Of a stretch of 64,000 nucleotides of DNA, positions 8,781 to 18,433 are shown in pieces. Within the stretch, counting starts at the first letter, position 1, and the number at the start of each line of letters is the position of its first letter. Origin of the DNA: an uncultured Olsenella sp. GTDB taxonomy: Bacteria > Actinomycetota > Coriobacteriia > Coriobacteriales > Atopobiaceae. The translations under genes were made by a program, and so were the position numbers. The stretch spans positions 1,798 through 65,797 of the forward strand of contig URLM01000007.1 of NCBI GenBank assembly GCA_900548775.1. Direction: 5' to 3'. The notes beneath the pieces are model-generated. The model ran no database searches, had not been told where the DNA came from, and saw only the letters and a program-made list of their open reading frames with translations.

Positions 8781-9753
8781 AGTAGCCGTAGCCTCCCCTC
8801 TCCTGGTCGCGGACAACGTGGCCGGCTTCCAGCGCGATGACGCGCTTGCGCATGGAGTCGACCATCTCGCGGTCGTGGGTTGCCATGACCACGGTGGTGC
8901 CCTCGCGGTTAATGCGGTCGAGCAGCTTCATGATGCCCAGCGAGATGGCCGGGTCGAGGTTGCCCGTTGGCTCGTCGCAGATGAGCAGCGGCGGGCGGTT
9001 GACCATGGCCCTTGCCACGGAGACGCGCTGCTGCTCGCCACCGGAGAGCTGGTCGGGGTAGTTGTCCTGCTTCTCGGCGAGGCCCACGAGGCGAAGCACC
9101 TCGGGTACCTGCACGTTCACGACGGCGCGCGGCTTGCCGATGCACTCGAGCGCGAACGCAACGTTCTCGTAGACCGTCTTGTCCGGCAGGAGCTTGAAGT
9201 CCTGGTAGACGGTGCCGATCTGGCGACGGAGGTACGGGACCTTCTTGTTCTTGAGCTTGGTGAGGTCCTGCCCCGCGACGAGCACCTGGCCAGAGGTCGC
9301 TCGGCGCTCGCAGGTGATGAGGCGCAGAAGCGACGACTTGCCCGAGCCAGAGTGGCCCACGACGAAGACGAACTCGCCAGGATAGATGTCGAGGCTCACG
9401 CCATCGAGTGCGGGCTTGTTGGGTTGCGCGGGGTAGACAAGGCTCACGTTCTTGAACGAGATGGTCGGGGTGCCGGTGCGCGGTGCCACGGGTGCGTCAT
9501 CGTTGCCCGCAAGGGAAGCAAAGACGCTGGTATAGGGCCGCTGCTGCGCGCTCGTGGAGTCAGCCGGGTCGGACGCCGTGACGACGTGGACTGCCTCGGG
9601 CGCATCCTCGGAGGCGGGCGCCTGCTCGTCGACATCGCCCTCGACGGGCTCGATGTCTGGCACGTTGCTCACGATATGCTCGCTGGGGGGCACAAGCCCC
9701 ATGCCGTCCCCGTCCGACCCCTGTCGCTCTGTGCTGCGAAAGTGGTTGGCCAC
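8767..9753 (-). CDS. ftsE: Cell division ATP-binding protein FtsE with N-terminal acidic extension (start uncertain)
   Basis: GHSGSGKS, LSGGEQQRV, DEPTGNLDP, VPYLRRQIGTVYQDFKLL; GTG 9753 follows GAAGGAG. Confidence 0.9.
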   Translation of the reverse strand: MANHFRSTERQGSDGDGMGLVPPSEHIVSNVPDIEPVEGDVDEQAPASEDAPEAVHVVTASDPADSTSAQQRPYTSVFASLAGNDDAPVAPRTGTPTISFKNVSLVYPAQPNKPALDGVSLDIYPGEFVFVVGHSGSGKSSLLRLITCERRATSGQVLVAGQDLTKLKNKKVPYLRRQIGTVYQDFKLLPDKTVYENVAFALECIGKPRAVVNVQVPEVLRLVGLAEKQDNYPDQLSGGEQQRVSVARAMVNRPPLLICDEPTGNLDPAISLGIMKLLDRINREGTTVVMATHDREMVDSMRKRVIALEAGHVVRDQERGGYGYYGAL

Positions 9754-9957
9754 GAAAGCTCCTTCTTCTTGCATTGCAGATGCAGATACATTCGCAATGA
9801 TACCAAGCGCCGAGAACGCCACGCGCGAGCTGCCCCGCACGAACAGAGAACGCGCAGATGGACGCCACGAGAAGGCCACAGGCGGATCAAACAACAGGTG
9901 CGCGCGACGGTTCTTGAACCGTCGCGCGCACCTGCATAAACGCTGGGTTCCTCGCAC

Positions 9958-10887
9958 CTACGCGCGGACGAACTCCTCGACCTGACGGGCAATGCCTGCC
10001 CCGTCAAGGCCAAAGTGCTCGAGAAGCACGTCGCCAGGGGCGGAGGTGCCAAAGCTCCGCATGCCCACCAGGCGCATGGGGGTGGGCCGCTTCTCGGCGA
10101 GAAGCGCCGCCACGGCGGAGCCCATGCCGGTCTCGACCATGTGCTCCTCGGCCGTCACGACGCGGCCGGTCTTCTCGGCAGAGGCGAGAATGACGTCCTC
10201 GGCCAGAGGCTTCACCGAGAAGACGTCGATGACCTCGGCGGATATGCCGCTCTGCTCAAGGATGTCCGCCGCCGCGAGCGACTGGGCCACCTCGACGCCA
10301 CAGGCGAGGATGGTGACGTCCGTGCCCTCGCGGAGCACCCCCGCATACGGAATGCCACCCACGAAGGACTCGTCGTAGACCTCGGGCACCTTGTGGCGGC
10401 CCATGCGCACGTAGACGGGACCGGAAGTTGCAGCGGCAATGCGGATGGCGGCCTTTGCCGCGCGGTAGTCGGCCGGGACCAGGACGCGCATGTTGGGGAG
10501 GGCCCTCATCATGCCGATGTCCTCGAGCATCTCGTGCGTGGCGCCGTCCTCGCCCACCGTGATGCCGGCGTGCGTGGGGCACACCTTCACGTTGAGGTTG
10601 GAGTCGCACACGGTGTTTCTTATCTGGTCATAGCAGCGTCCGACGCCAAACACGGCGAACGACGCCGTGAACGGGATGCGCCCGGTAAGTGCAAGGCCAG
10701 ACGCCACGCCGACCATGTCCTGCTCGGCGATGCCCACGTCCACGAGCCGGTCGGGATACGCCTTCTGCAGCTTGTTGGTAGTGGTGGACCCCGCGAGGTC
10801 GGCGTCGACCGCGCAGACGTTCACGCCCTCGTTGGCCAGCTCGACAAGCGTCTCGCCAAAGGCCTCGCGTGTTGCTCTCTTGCCCAT
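9958..10887 (-). CDS. Transketolase, C-terminal (pyrimidine-binding) subunit
   Basis: ATREAFG, VGIAEQDMV, GEDGATH, GPVYVRMGR. Confidence 0.92.
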   Translation of the reverse strand: MGKRATREAFGETLVELANEGVNVCAVDADLAGSTTTNKLQKAYPDRLVDVGIAEQDMVGVASGLALTGRIPFTASFAVFGVGRCYDQIRNTVCDSNLNVKVCPTHAGITVGEDGATHEMLEDIGMMRALPNMRVLVPADYRAAKAAIRIAAATSGPVYVRMGRHKVPEVYDESFVGGIPYAGVLREGTDVTILACGVEVAQSLAAADILEQSGISAEVIDVFSVKPLAEDVILASAEKTGRVVTAEEHMVETGMGSAVAALLAEKRPTPMRLVGMRSFGTSAPGDVLLEHFGLDGAGIARQVEEFVRA

Positions 10888-10889
10888 CG

Positions 10890-11756
10890 CTAGGCCTCCT
10901 TCTCGATCTGCGCGCGCTCCGCGTCGAGGTCGGCCAGCGCAAGCGCGGTCTCCTCCTCGTTTGGAGCCTTGCCGTGCCAGCCGGCCTCGTTCTCCATGAA
11001 CGAGACTCCCTTGCCCTTGACGGTGTCGCACACGATCGCGGTGGGCGCCGCCGAGAAGGCCAGGGCCTCCTCGATTGCCGCGTGGAGGCGATCGATGTCG
11101 TGGCCGTCGGTGTGGATCACGTGCCAGCCAAATGCCGCGAGCTTGGCGTCCACGTCCCCAAGCGAGTTGACCTTGCGCACGTCGCCGTCGATCTGCAGGT
11201 TGTTGAGGTCGAGGAACATGGTGAGGTTGGAGAGGCCGTGGTTGGGGGCAAACATCAGGGCCTCCCAGTTGGAGCCCTCCTGCATCTCGCCGTCTCCGCA
11301 CACGCAGAACACGTGGCGCGGACGGGTCCCCTCGGGGGCGTCTGCGAGAAAGCCCAGAGCTGCGCCGGCCGAGACCGAAAGGCCCTGGCCGAGAGACCCC
11401 GAGCAGACCTCCACTCCCGGCAGGGCGTTTCTGTCAGGGTGGCCCTGCAGGCGCGATCCGAGCTGGCGAAGCGTTCCCAGCTCGTCATCACGGACCCAGC
11501 CAACCTGGTGGAATAGGGCGTAGAGGGCCGGTGCCGCGTGGCCCTTGGAGAGGATGAGCAGGTCTCTCTCGGGGCTCGTGGGGTCGTTCTCGTCGTAGTT
11601 CATGACGCCGGTGAAGGACAGCGTCGCCAGGATGTCGGTGCACGACAGCGACCCACCCGGGTGGCCCGACTTCGCCTTTGACACCATGGTGACGATGTCA
11701 TGGCGCATCGAGTTTGCGATGAGCCGCACCTCGTGCGTGGTTCTCGTAATGCTCAT
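10890..11756 (-). CDS. Transketolase, N-terminal (ThDP-binding) subunit
   Basis: SGHPGGSLS, SKGHAAPALY, GDGEMQEGSNWEA. Confidence 0.93.
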   Translation of the reverse strand: MSITRTTHEVRLIANSMRHDIVTMVSKAKSGHPGGSLSCTDILATLSFTGVMNYDENDPTSPERDLLILSKGHAAPALYALFHQVGWVRDDELGTLRQLGSRLQGHPDRNALPGVEVCSGSLGQGLSVSAGAALGFLADAPEGTRPRHVFCVCGDGEMQEGSNWEALMFAPNHGLSNLTMFLDLNNLQIDGDVRKVNSLGDVDAKLAAFGWHVIHTDGHDIDRLHAAIEEALAFSAAPTAIVCDTVKGKGVSFMENEAGWHGKAPNEEETALALADLDAERAQIEKEA

Positions 11757-11781
11757 GTGTCTCCTCTCGAGACGGTCGTGG

Positions 11782-12468
11782 CTAGGCCTGCTCCCCAGTG
11801 ACCTTAGCCCAATCCGCGTCGAAGCGCTCGCGACCCTGGTCGGTGAGCGGGTGGCGCAGGCACTTCTTGAGCGCCGAGAAGGGCACGGTAGCGATGTCGG
11901 CGCCGAGGAGCGCCGCCTGGGTCACGTGGTTGGGGGTGCGCACGGAGGCGGTGATGATCTCGGGGCCGTCCTCCTCGTCCCAGTAGCCGTAGGTGTAGTT
12001 CTTGACGCACTGCACCACGGTTGCGAGCTGCTGGATGCCGTCGTCTCCGATGTCATCGAAGCGGCCGACGAAGGGGCTGATGTAGCGCGCGCCTGCCGAG
12101 GCGGCGAGAAGCGCCTGGGGCGCCGAGAAGACGAGCGTCATGTTGACGCGGATGCCTTCCTTGGCCAGCGCGTGCGTGGCGGGCAGGCTCTCCTCGCAGA
12201 TGGGGAGCTTGACCACGATGTTAGGGGCGAGGGCCGCAAGGCGCTCGCCGTCCGCGATCATGCCCTCGGTCGTCTTTGCCTGGGACTCGGCCGAGACGGG
12301 CAGCCCCTCGCAGAGCTTGCAGATCTTGACCATGTGGTCCTCGAAGTCGGCCAGCTTGCCGCCGGTCTTCGCATAGAGAGACGGGTTGGTGGTTACGCCG
12401 GCGAGGACTCCCCAACTCTCTGCCTTCTTGATCTCGTCCAGGTCCGCTGTGTCAATAAAGAACTTCAT
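11782..12468 (-). CDS. tal: Transaldolase / fructose-6-phosphate aldolase (MipB/TalC family)
   Basis: FFIDTAD, GVTTNPSL, VVKLP, YISPFVGRFDD. Confidence 0.88.
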   Translation of the reverse strand: MKFFIDTADLDEIKKAESWGVLAGVTTNPSLYAKTGGKLADFEDHMVKICKLCEGLPVSAESQAKTTEGMIADGERLAALAPNIVVKLPICEESLPATHALAKEGIRVNMTLVFSAPQALLAASAGARYISPFVGRFDDIGDDGIQQLATVVQCVKNYTYGYWDEEDGPEIITASVRTPNHVTQAALLGADIATVPFSALKKCLRHPLTDQGRERFDADWAKVTGEQA

Positions 12469-12632
12469 GACGATCCTCCCTCAAGTTGCCATGTGGGCCG
12501 CCATATGCGGCATGTTCCATGCTATGCGGCATTTGCCGTCATGCGAGGCGCCTCCCGCCCACACGTCACCTTCGTTCCGTGAGCGCGAGGTGGTGTGCAG
12601 GTTAGGTGATGACCCTGTTGGAATGCGACGAG

Positions 12633-12674
12633 AAAGGCCGTGCGGACTCCGCGTTCGCGAAGGACCGCACGGCC
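12633..12674 (-). terminator. Hairpin/terminator between the KHG/KDPG aldolase gene and tal
   Basis: GGCCGTGCGG...CCGCACGGCC stem with a short T-tail on the minus strand. Confidence 0.55.
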
Positions 12675-12704
12675 AGATGCCTGCATTCTTGATGTGGGTC
12701 GGCG

Positions 12705-13352
12705 CTACTCGCCCATCTCGGCGCGGGTCTCGTCGATGATGCGGCGCACCTCGGCGGCGTTCTTGGCGATCTCGTCTGCGGAGCCCTTGGTGAGCAGGCT
12801 CCCCATGCCGCAGGTGTCCACGCCGGAGCGCACCCACTCGGCAAGGTTGTCGAGGTTGATGCCGCCGGAGGCCATGAGGGGCATCCAGGGCGTGGGGGTC
12901 TTGAACAGCTTCACGAGCTGGACGCCGTAGGTGTTGGAGATGGGGAAGCACTTGATGTATGCGGCGCCCATCTCGAGCCCCTTCACGGCCTCGGTGACCG
13001 TGGTGCAGCCGGGCGCATACGGGACCTGGTAGAGGTTGCAGACGCGCGCGACCTCCTCGGACTCCATGTTGGAGACCACGAACTCGGCGCCCGCCATGAT
13101 GGCGAGGCGCGCGGTGGCGGCCTCCATCACGGTACCGGCGCCCACGCAGATCTTGTCGCCGTACTTGGCCTTGACGGCAGCGATCACGTCGCCGGCGTTG
13201 ACGTTGGTGTAGGAGATCTCCATTGCGGGGACGCCACCCTTGACCAGGCCGTCCGCGATCTCCAGGCCGCGCTCGACGGTCTCGACCCTCACCACGGCGA
13301 ATGCGCCGATCTCGGCGAGCTTCTCGGTTGCCTTAACCTTCTGGAGCTTCAT
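12705..13352 (-). CDS. KHG/KDPG aldolase family (Eda-like)
   Basis: AVVR, VGAGTV, GAEFVVS, PGCTTVTE, IKCFP, ASGGINLDN. Confidence 0.85.
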   Translation of the reverse strand: MKLQKVKATEKLAEIGAFAVVRVETVERGLEIADGLVKGGVPAMEISYTNVNAGDVIAAVKAKYGDKICVGAGTVMEAATARLAIMAGAEFVVSNMESEEVARVCNLYQVPYAPGCTTVTEAVKGLEMGAAYIKCFPISNTYGVQLVKLFKTPTPWMPLMASGGINLDNLAEWVRSGVDTCGMGSLLTKGSADEIAKNAAEVRRIIDETRAEMGE

Positions 13353-13385
13353 TTTCTCCCTCTTTCTCCCTGTGCCTTCTGCGTG

Positions 13386-14282
13386 CTACTCGTGCGCGAT
13401 GCCGTAGTGGTCGAGCATGGCGCGGACCTTGTCGTCCACCTCGGGCGTGGTCTCCGCCACGGGCCTGCGGGCGGGGCCCACCGGCACGCCGGCCAGCTCC
13501 AGGGCGCGCTTGAGCGTCTGGGGCGTCGAGCCCATGTGCAGGACGTCGCGGATGGGCTCGACGTCTGCCTGGAAGGACGCGGCCACCTCGGCGTCGCCGG
13601 CCTCGAGCGCGCGCCAGAGCGAGACCACGACGTCGGTGATGAGGTTGGCGGTTCCGGCGATCGCGCCGGAGGCGCCGAGCGCGTGGGCGGCGGAGATCTT
13701 GCCGTCGGAGCCCACGAGGACGTCGACGTCCTTGCCCTTGGCGGCCTCGACGTAGGCGGCGAGGTTGTCCATGTTGCCGGAGGAGTCCTTCACGCCCTTG
13801 ACGTTGTCGATCTCGGCAACGCGCGCCACGACCTCGGGCGAGAGGTTGGTGCCCGTGGACTTGGGGATGTTGTACATGAGGACGGGGATCTTCACGCTCT
13901 CGGCGACGGCCGCGTAGTAGCCCTCGACCTCGGCGTCGGAGACCTTCATGAAGTACGGGTTGATGACCGAGACGGCCGAGGCGCCCGCGTCCTCGGCGCG
14001 CTTCGACATCTCGACGGCCTCGCGCGTGGAGCACGAGCCGGTGCCCACGTAGACGGGCACGCGGCCGGCGACCCTCTCGATCACGAACCGCGAGAACTCG
14101 ATCTTCTCGTCGGGCGTGCACACGTGGAACTCGCCGTTGGAGCCGAAGGTGAAGATGCCGCTCGCGCCGCCGGCGATGATCCTCTCGACGAGCTGCTCGC
14201 CCGCCTCGTAGTTGATGGTCTGGCCTTCGTCACGCTTGAACGGCGTAACCATGGGGACGATGACCCCGGAGAACGTAGACAT
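13386..14282 (-). CDS. DapA/NanA-family class I pyruvate aldolase (probably not DHDPS)
   Basis: PMVTPF, GSNGEF (DHDPS has GTTGE), MYNIP, Schiff-base GVKDSSG; sugar-catabolic context. Confidence 0.85.
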   Translation of the reverse strand: MSTFSGVIVPMVTPFKRDEGQTINYEAGEQLVERIIAGGASGIFTFGSNGEFHVCTPDEKIEFSRFVIERVAGRVPVYVGTGSCSTREAVEMSKRAEDAGASAVSVINPYFMKVSDAEVEGYYAAVAESVKIPVLMYNIPKSTGTNLSPEVVARVAEIDNVKGVKDSSGNMDNLAAYVEAAKGKDVDVLVGSDGKISAAHALGASGAIAGTANLITDVVVSLWRALEAGDAEVAASFQADVEPIRDVLHMGSTPQTLKRALELAGVPVGPARRPVAETTPEVDDKVRAMLDHYGIAHE

Positions 14283-14324
14283 GCTTGGAACTGCCTTTCT
14301 GCCTGTCCTTGCGGATGGGTTCTA

Positions 14325-14933
14325 CTACTTGCCGGCGCGGATGGAGGCGCCGAGGGCTCCGCCTGGGTGCCAGGTGACGTACTTCTCGGGCGTGAGGCCA
14401 AACTCGTTCTGCAGCAGGATGGAGAGGCACTGCAGCTCGATTACCTCGGCCAGAATGGAGGCGCGAGGAGGCTTGTTCATGGAATCGCCCTCCTGCTTGA
14501 CCCCCGCGATGAGCGCGACGTCGCCCTGCTGGGCAAGCCAGGACTGGGGGTTGCCGGTGAGGGCAATAATCTTGGCGCCGTTCTTCTTGAGGCAGGTGAC
14601 GGTGGCCTTAAGCTCGCCGGTCTCGCCGGAGTTAGAGATGGCGATCACGACGTCGCCGGGAAGCACCTGGCCGGCGCTGCCGTGAACGCATTCGGTGCCG
14701 TGAAGCTCGTAGGTGGGTGTGCCGGTGGACGAGAAGAGCGAGGCGGCGTAGCCGGAGACGTGGCCGGGCTTGCCGATGCCCGTCACGTGCACGCGACCGC
14801 CGTGCTTCTCGGCGTCGAGGATGAGCTGCTTGGCAGCGCTCAGGGCATCGAAGTCGATGCCGGCGACGTACTCGTCGAGCGACGTCTTCACAATGCCGAG
14901 GAACTCCTCAACCTGCTCCTTATCAGTTGCCAT
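14325..14933 (-). CDS. Stand-alone SIS domain protein, KpsF/GutQ/KdsD-like (arabinose-5-phosphate isomerase-like, no CBS domains)
   Basis: VTGIGKPGH, SSTGTP, HGSAGQV, IAISNSGET and C-terminal HPGGALG. Confidence 0.82.
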   Translation of the reverse strand: MATDKEQVEEFLGIVKTSLDEYVAGIDFDALSAAKQLILDAEKHGGRVHVTGIGKPGHVSGYAASLFSSTGTPTYELHGTECVHGSAGQVLPGDVVIAISNSGETGELKATVTCLKKNGAKIIALTGNPQSWLAQQGDVALIAGVKQEGDSMNKPPRASILAEVIELQCLSILLQNEFGLTPEKYVTWHPGGALGASIRAGK

Positions 14934-14976
14934 AGTTTCTCCCTTCACATATGTAGGAACCGGATTGATTCCGGCG

Positions 14977-15717
14977 CTACTTCTTTTCCTTCACGTGGTG
15001 GCGCGCCATGGTCGTACTGAGGTCTGCCTCGAGGGCGTCGAGCGTATCGGCCATGAAGGGACGCGTCATGCCCACATAGAGATATCCGGACGGATGCTTG
15101 ACCCAGCTTCCCCAGAGGAGAAATCTCAGCGAGTTGCCCTGGCGCACGATCATGTAGGACTTGATGTCCTTGTACGTGACGACCGTCGCTTCCTTGGGAT
15201 CGGACTTCTCGTAGATGTAGACGTAGGTGTGGCCAAAGTCGATGACCCCGGTCTTCATGAAAAACTTGCCGAGGAATCTGCCCATGCGCTTAGACACGAA
15301 CCACGCTGCCGTGAGCGCCGCAATGAGCAGGAGAAGCAGCCAGACGTTGCCCGTATAGTTGGCAACAACGCCGCACCAGAAAACGAGGAAGAGCAGGGCA
15401 AGCACCGCGACGAGGAGGGCAAGCCCCTGGAGAAGCAGGCGCTTCCTGTCCTCCCCCACCGAGAGCTCAAGCTCGTCCTCGGGCAGGTCGGGGATGGCTA
15501 TGGGCTTGGCCATCCCAATGATGTCACCGAGAACCGCGTCGCTCGCCCTTCTCGCCTTGTCGGCGGAGGAATCCTGGGCGTGGCCACCTATCTTCTGCGG
15601 GCCCTTCGAAGGCTCAACAGATGCGGTCGGCTTGCTCTTTTCGGCCTCGTCGCGCTCGACAGCATTGGCCTTGGGCGTTGCGGCGGTCGCTTGGCGCTTC
15701 TGCTTCTTCTGTGCCAC
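14977..15717 (-). CDS. Hypothetical membrane protein (2 TM helices plus beta-rich C-terminal domain)
   Basis: GTG start after AAAGGAG RBS; two hydrophobic helices; lies within the PTS operon. Confidence 0.7.
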   Translation of the reverse strand: MAQKKQKRQATAATPKANAVERDEAEKSKPTASVEPSKGPQKIGGHAQDSSADKARRASDAVLGDIIGMAKPIAIPDLPEDELELSVGEDRKRLLLQGLALLVAVLALLFLVFWCGVVANYTGNVWLLLLLIAALTAAWFVSKRMGRFLGKFFMKTGVIDFGHTYVYIYEKSDPKEATVVTYKDIKSYMIVRQGNSLRFLLWGSWVKHPSGYLYVGMTRPFMADTLDALEADLSTTMARHHVKEKK

Positions 15718-15786
15718 CGGTCTCCTTTCGTATGGCCCGCACCGGCATCGCTGTTTCCGATGGGACCGCTGTTCCCAGATTGGCGA

Positions 15787-15818
15787 AGGGGCGCCCGTGG
15801 CATGCCGCGGGCGCCCCT
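15787..15818. terminator. Intra-operon hairpin downstream of EIIC
   Basis: AGGGGCGCCCGTGG-CATG-CCGCGGGCGCCCCT. Confidence 0.55.
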
Positions 15819-15869
15819 GAAATCAAACACTAGGGCTGAGTAGGCAGTGCAATTCTGGTTCCCGTACGA

Positions 15870-17180
15870 CTAGGCGAAGAGGCTGCCGATGCCGTAGATG
15901 ATCGAGCCGACGATGTTGTAGTCGACGTTGGGGAACGAGGCGCCGGCGATTCCGAGCGAGGCGAACGCGGGATACAGGACCAGGGGGCCAGCGCAGAGGA
16001 AGATGCCAACGAGGAACGAGCCGAGCAGGGCACCGCGCCAGCCACCGTAGGCATAGCCGCAGACGCCGCAGGTGCCACCGGAGAAGAAGCAGATGCCGGC
16101 CGCAGGAATCATGATGGTCGGGCTGTGGAAGGCGACCATGAGGGCCATGGCAACGAGGCCACCGAGGAACGAGCCGATGAAGCCGATGATGACGGCGTCA
16201 GGCGCGAACGGGAAGATGGCGGGGCAGTCGACGGCAGGGCGGGCATCGGGGATGAGCTTCTCGGAGATGCCCACGAAGGCTGCGGTGATCTCGGCGATGA
16301 ACTGACGCACGCCGTAGATCAGGACGGACATGCCAGCGGCGAACTGGAGGCCAGCGAGGAACGGCCAGATCCACCAGATGTCGTTGCCGAAGTAGGAGGT
16401 GAAGGGCTTGCCGTTGGCAAGGGTGTCACCAAAGTGACCGGTCACGAAGCAGGCGATGGTCACTATGTAGAAGAGCACGATCATGAACAGGGCCACGGAG
16501 AAGACGAAGTCACGGAAGAGCTTGAAGAACTCGGGGAGGTTGGCCTCCTTGACCTCGTTGTTCTCGATCTCCTTCTCGTTCTTCTTGGCGAAGAGCTTGC
16601 CGCAGTAGCCGGAGAAGGCGTAGCCGATGCAGTTGAAGTGGCCGATGGCGAAGTCGTTGGAGCCCGTGAGCTTCTCAACGAAGGGCTGGCAGAGCGACGG
16701 CAGGGCCGCACCGCAGAAGCCGAGGACGATGCCGCCGCAGATGACGGTGACGGCAATGGGGGCGCCCAGGGCGATGAAGACCAGCGCGAGGACGCAGGCG
16801 AAGTACAGGAAGTGCTGACCGGTCAGGAAGATTGCCTTCCAGGGGGTGATCTTGGCGAACACGAGGTTCATGATGAAGCCGAAGACCATGACCAGGGCGA
16901 CCTCGGTGCCGTAGGTGTCAAGCGCGAGAGAGGTAGCAACCTCGACCTGCGTCACGACGCCCTGCACGTTGAAGGCGGTGGAGAACATGGCACCAAAGGT
17001 GGTGATCTGTGCGGACATGGCGCTGGAGCCGATGTTGAAGATCATGAAGCCGATGATGGTCTTGACGGTACCGGCAAACGTGTCGACCGCCGACTTCTTC
17101 TGCAGGAGCAGGCCGACGAGGGCGATGATGCCCATAATCAGCGCTGTGTCCCTCATCTGCATGAGGAATGCGTTCAGCAT
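15870..17180 (-). CDS. PTS ascorbate-family (UlaA/SgaT) EIIC component
   Basis: GIIALVGLLLQKK, GTVKTIIGF, IFLTGQH, FAIGHF, PAVDCP, FFSGGTCGV. Confidence 0.9.
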   Translation of the reverse strand: MLNAFLMQMRDTALIMGIIALVGLLLQKKSAVDTFAGTVKTIIGFMIFNIGSSAMSAQITTFGAMFSTAFNVQGVVTQVEVATSLALDTYGTEVALVMVFGFIMNLVFAKITPWKAIFLTGQHFLYFACVLALVFIALGAPIAVTVICGGIVLGFCGAALPSLCQPFVEKLTGSNDFAIGHFNCIGYAFSGYCGKLFAKKNEKEIENNEVKEANLPEFFKLFRDFVFSVALFMIVLFYIVTIACFVTGHFGDTLANGKPFTSYFGNDIWWIWPFLAGLQFAAGMSVLIYGVRQFIAEITAAFVGISEKLIPDARPAVDCPAIFPFAPDAVIIGFIGSFLGGLVAMALMVAFHSPTIMIPAAGICFFSGGTCGVCGYAYGGWRGALLGSFLVGIFLCAGPLVLYPAFASLGIAGASFPNVDYNIVGSIIYGIGSLFA

Positions 17181-17254
17181 GTGATAATCCTTCCGATGAA
17201 ACTTGCGGGTTCTCCCGCTCGTGTGGTGCGTTGTCCTACTCAGCTAGGAGTTTG

Positions 17255-17566
17255 CTACCTACGGGGCTCCTCGCCCTTGTGCTCGTCAACCCACGCGTGG
17301 AGCTTCTCGCGAATCTCGTTCTTGTCGACGAGGTTCTTGATGCCAATCGCAGAGGGAACGCGAGGATCCTTGGAGAGTTCCTCGGTAAGGTCGACCATGG
17401 TGATGACGAGGTCGCCGCGGAAGCCGATGATGGAGTCAAGGTTGCCGTGCTCGGTCTCGATGGGGAGGTTGTCCTCCTTGATGACCTGGTCGCACTTAAT
17501 CTTGAGCATCATCGAGGAGCCCATGCCAGCGCGGCAGCACACCAGAGCGTGAAACTTGCGGTCCAT
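17255..17566 (-). CDS. PTS EIIB component (UlaB/SgaB-like)
   Basis: VCCRAGMGSSMML phosphorylation loop. Confidence 0.9.
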   Translation of the reverse strand: MDRKFHALVCCRAGMGSSMMLKIKCDQVIKEDNLPIETEHGNLDSIIGFRGDLVITMVDLTEELSKDPRVPSAIGIKNLVDKNEIREKLHAWVDEHKGEEPRR

Positions 17567-18021
17567 TACATACCCCTTTCCTTAGCGTGGACGAGGTCCA
17601 CGACTTCCTTTGCGTCCTTGCAGGCGTCGAGCTTGGCGAAGAAGTCCGGATCGGAGAGCAGCTCCACGAGCGACTGGAGCGCGCTCAGGTGGGAGTCGTT
17701 GTCCTTCGCGCTGAGTGGGAACAGGTACTTCACCGGGTCGTTGTCCTCGCTGCCAAACTCGACAGGGTTCTTGAGCGTCACAATGCCCACGGCAGACTCG
17801 AGAGCGCCACTCTCGGGACGGGCGTGCGGGAGCGCCACGTGCTCCGTGATCACGATGTAAGGACCAAGCTCGTGGACGCCCTTGATGATGTCGTCGACGT
17901 AGCCCTCGGTCACTTTGCCGTTGGCAACCAGGGGAACCGTTGCCTTGCGGATGGCATCCTCCCAATCGCTCGCCTCGACGTTGAGCTGAACAAGGCTCTC
18001 ATCGAGAAGATCGCTGAGCAT
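17566..18021 (-). CDS. PTS EIIA component (UlaC-like, fructose/mannitol fold)
   Basis: GPYIVITEHVALPHARPE. Confidence 0.9.
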   Translation of the reverse strand: MLSDLLDESLVQLNVEASDWEDAIRKATVPLVANGKVTEGYVDDIIKGVHELGPYIVITEHVALPHARPESGALESAVGIVTLKNPVEFGSEDNDPVKYLFPLSAKDNDSHLSALQSLVELLSDPDFFAKLDACKDAKEVVDLVHAKERGM

Positions 18022-18433
18022 GCAACCACCTACCCTTCCTTAATCTCTTGGCGGCCCAATGGGCTGCCTTTCTGATGACCGTTCGTAACTGTGACACTAA
18101 ACGAACACCGTCGCAACCAATTTTTCATATTACTGGCGCAAATTTTCCCTAGTTTCGCCCAACGGTCTATTGAACTATTGAGCATTTAGGCTTTCTAGCT
18201 GCGCTTTTTCATTAATAATCGAATGATGCATTATCTGATACGCGTATATATGACTCTATTTTTACGTATTAAAGAACAAATTATTCGAACGATTTGACAC
18301 TGTTCGTCAGGATAGTAAAAACGAGACAGTTAACCCACTCTCTATCAAGCTTTATGTTCGATTGACTATGAATCGACTGTCTCACTTCGTATAATTGATT
18401 CCGTGAGCGTGACACTACGGGGCGGAGGCAGCT
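18022..18433. promoter_or_regulatory. AT-rich divergent promoter region between the PTS operon and the DeoR regulator
   Basis: Markedly AT-rich stretch between divergent genes; exact operator not resolved. Confidence 0.55.

Noticed and set aside
4797..8840. 1347-aa plus-strand ORF and other long antisense ORFs (e.g. 13383-15020, 40721-43327, 46862-48193)
   Set aside because: These are shadow frames opposite well-supported genes (rnr, ftsX, atpA, glyA). They are expected in high-GC DNA and show no recognisable motifs.
13386..14282. Annotation as dapA (lysine biosynthesis)
   Set aside because: It has GSNGE instead of GTTGE and sits in a sugar-PTS context, which points to a catabolic aldolase.
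15870..18021. Annotation as a bona fide L-ascorbate (ula) utilisation operon
   Set aside because: The transporter family matches, but ulaG, ulaD, ulaE and ulaF homologues are absent from the operon.
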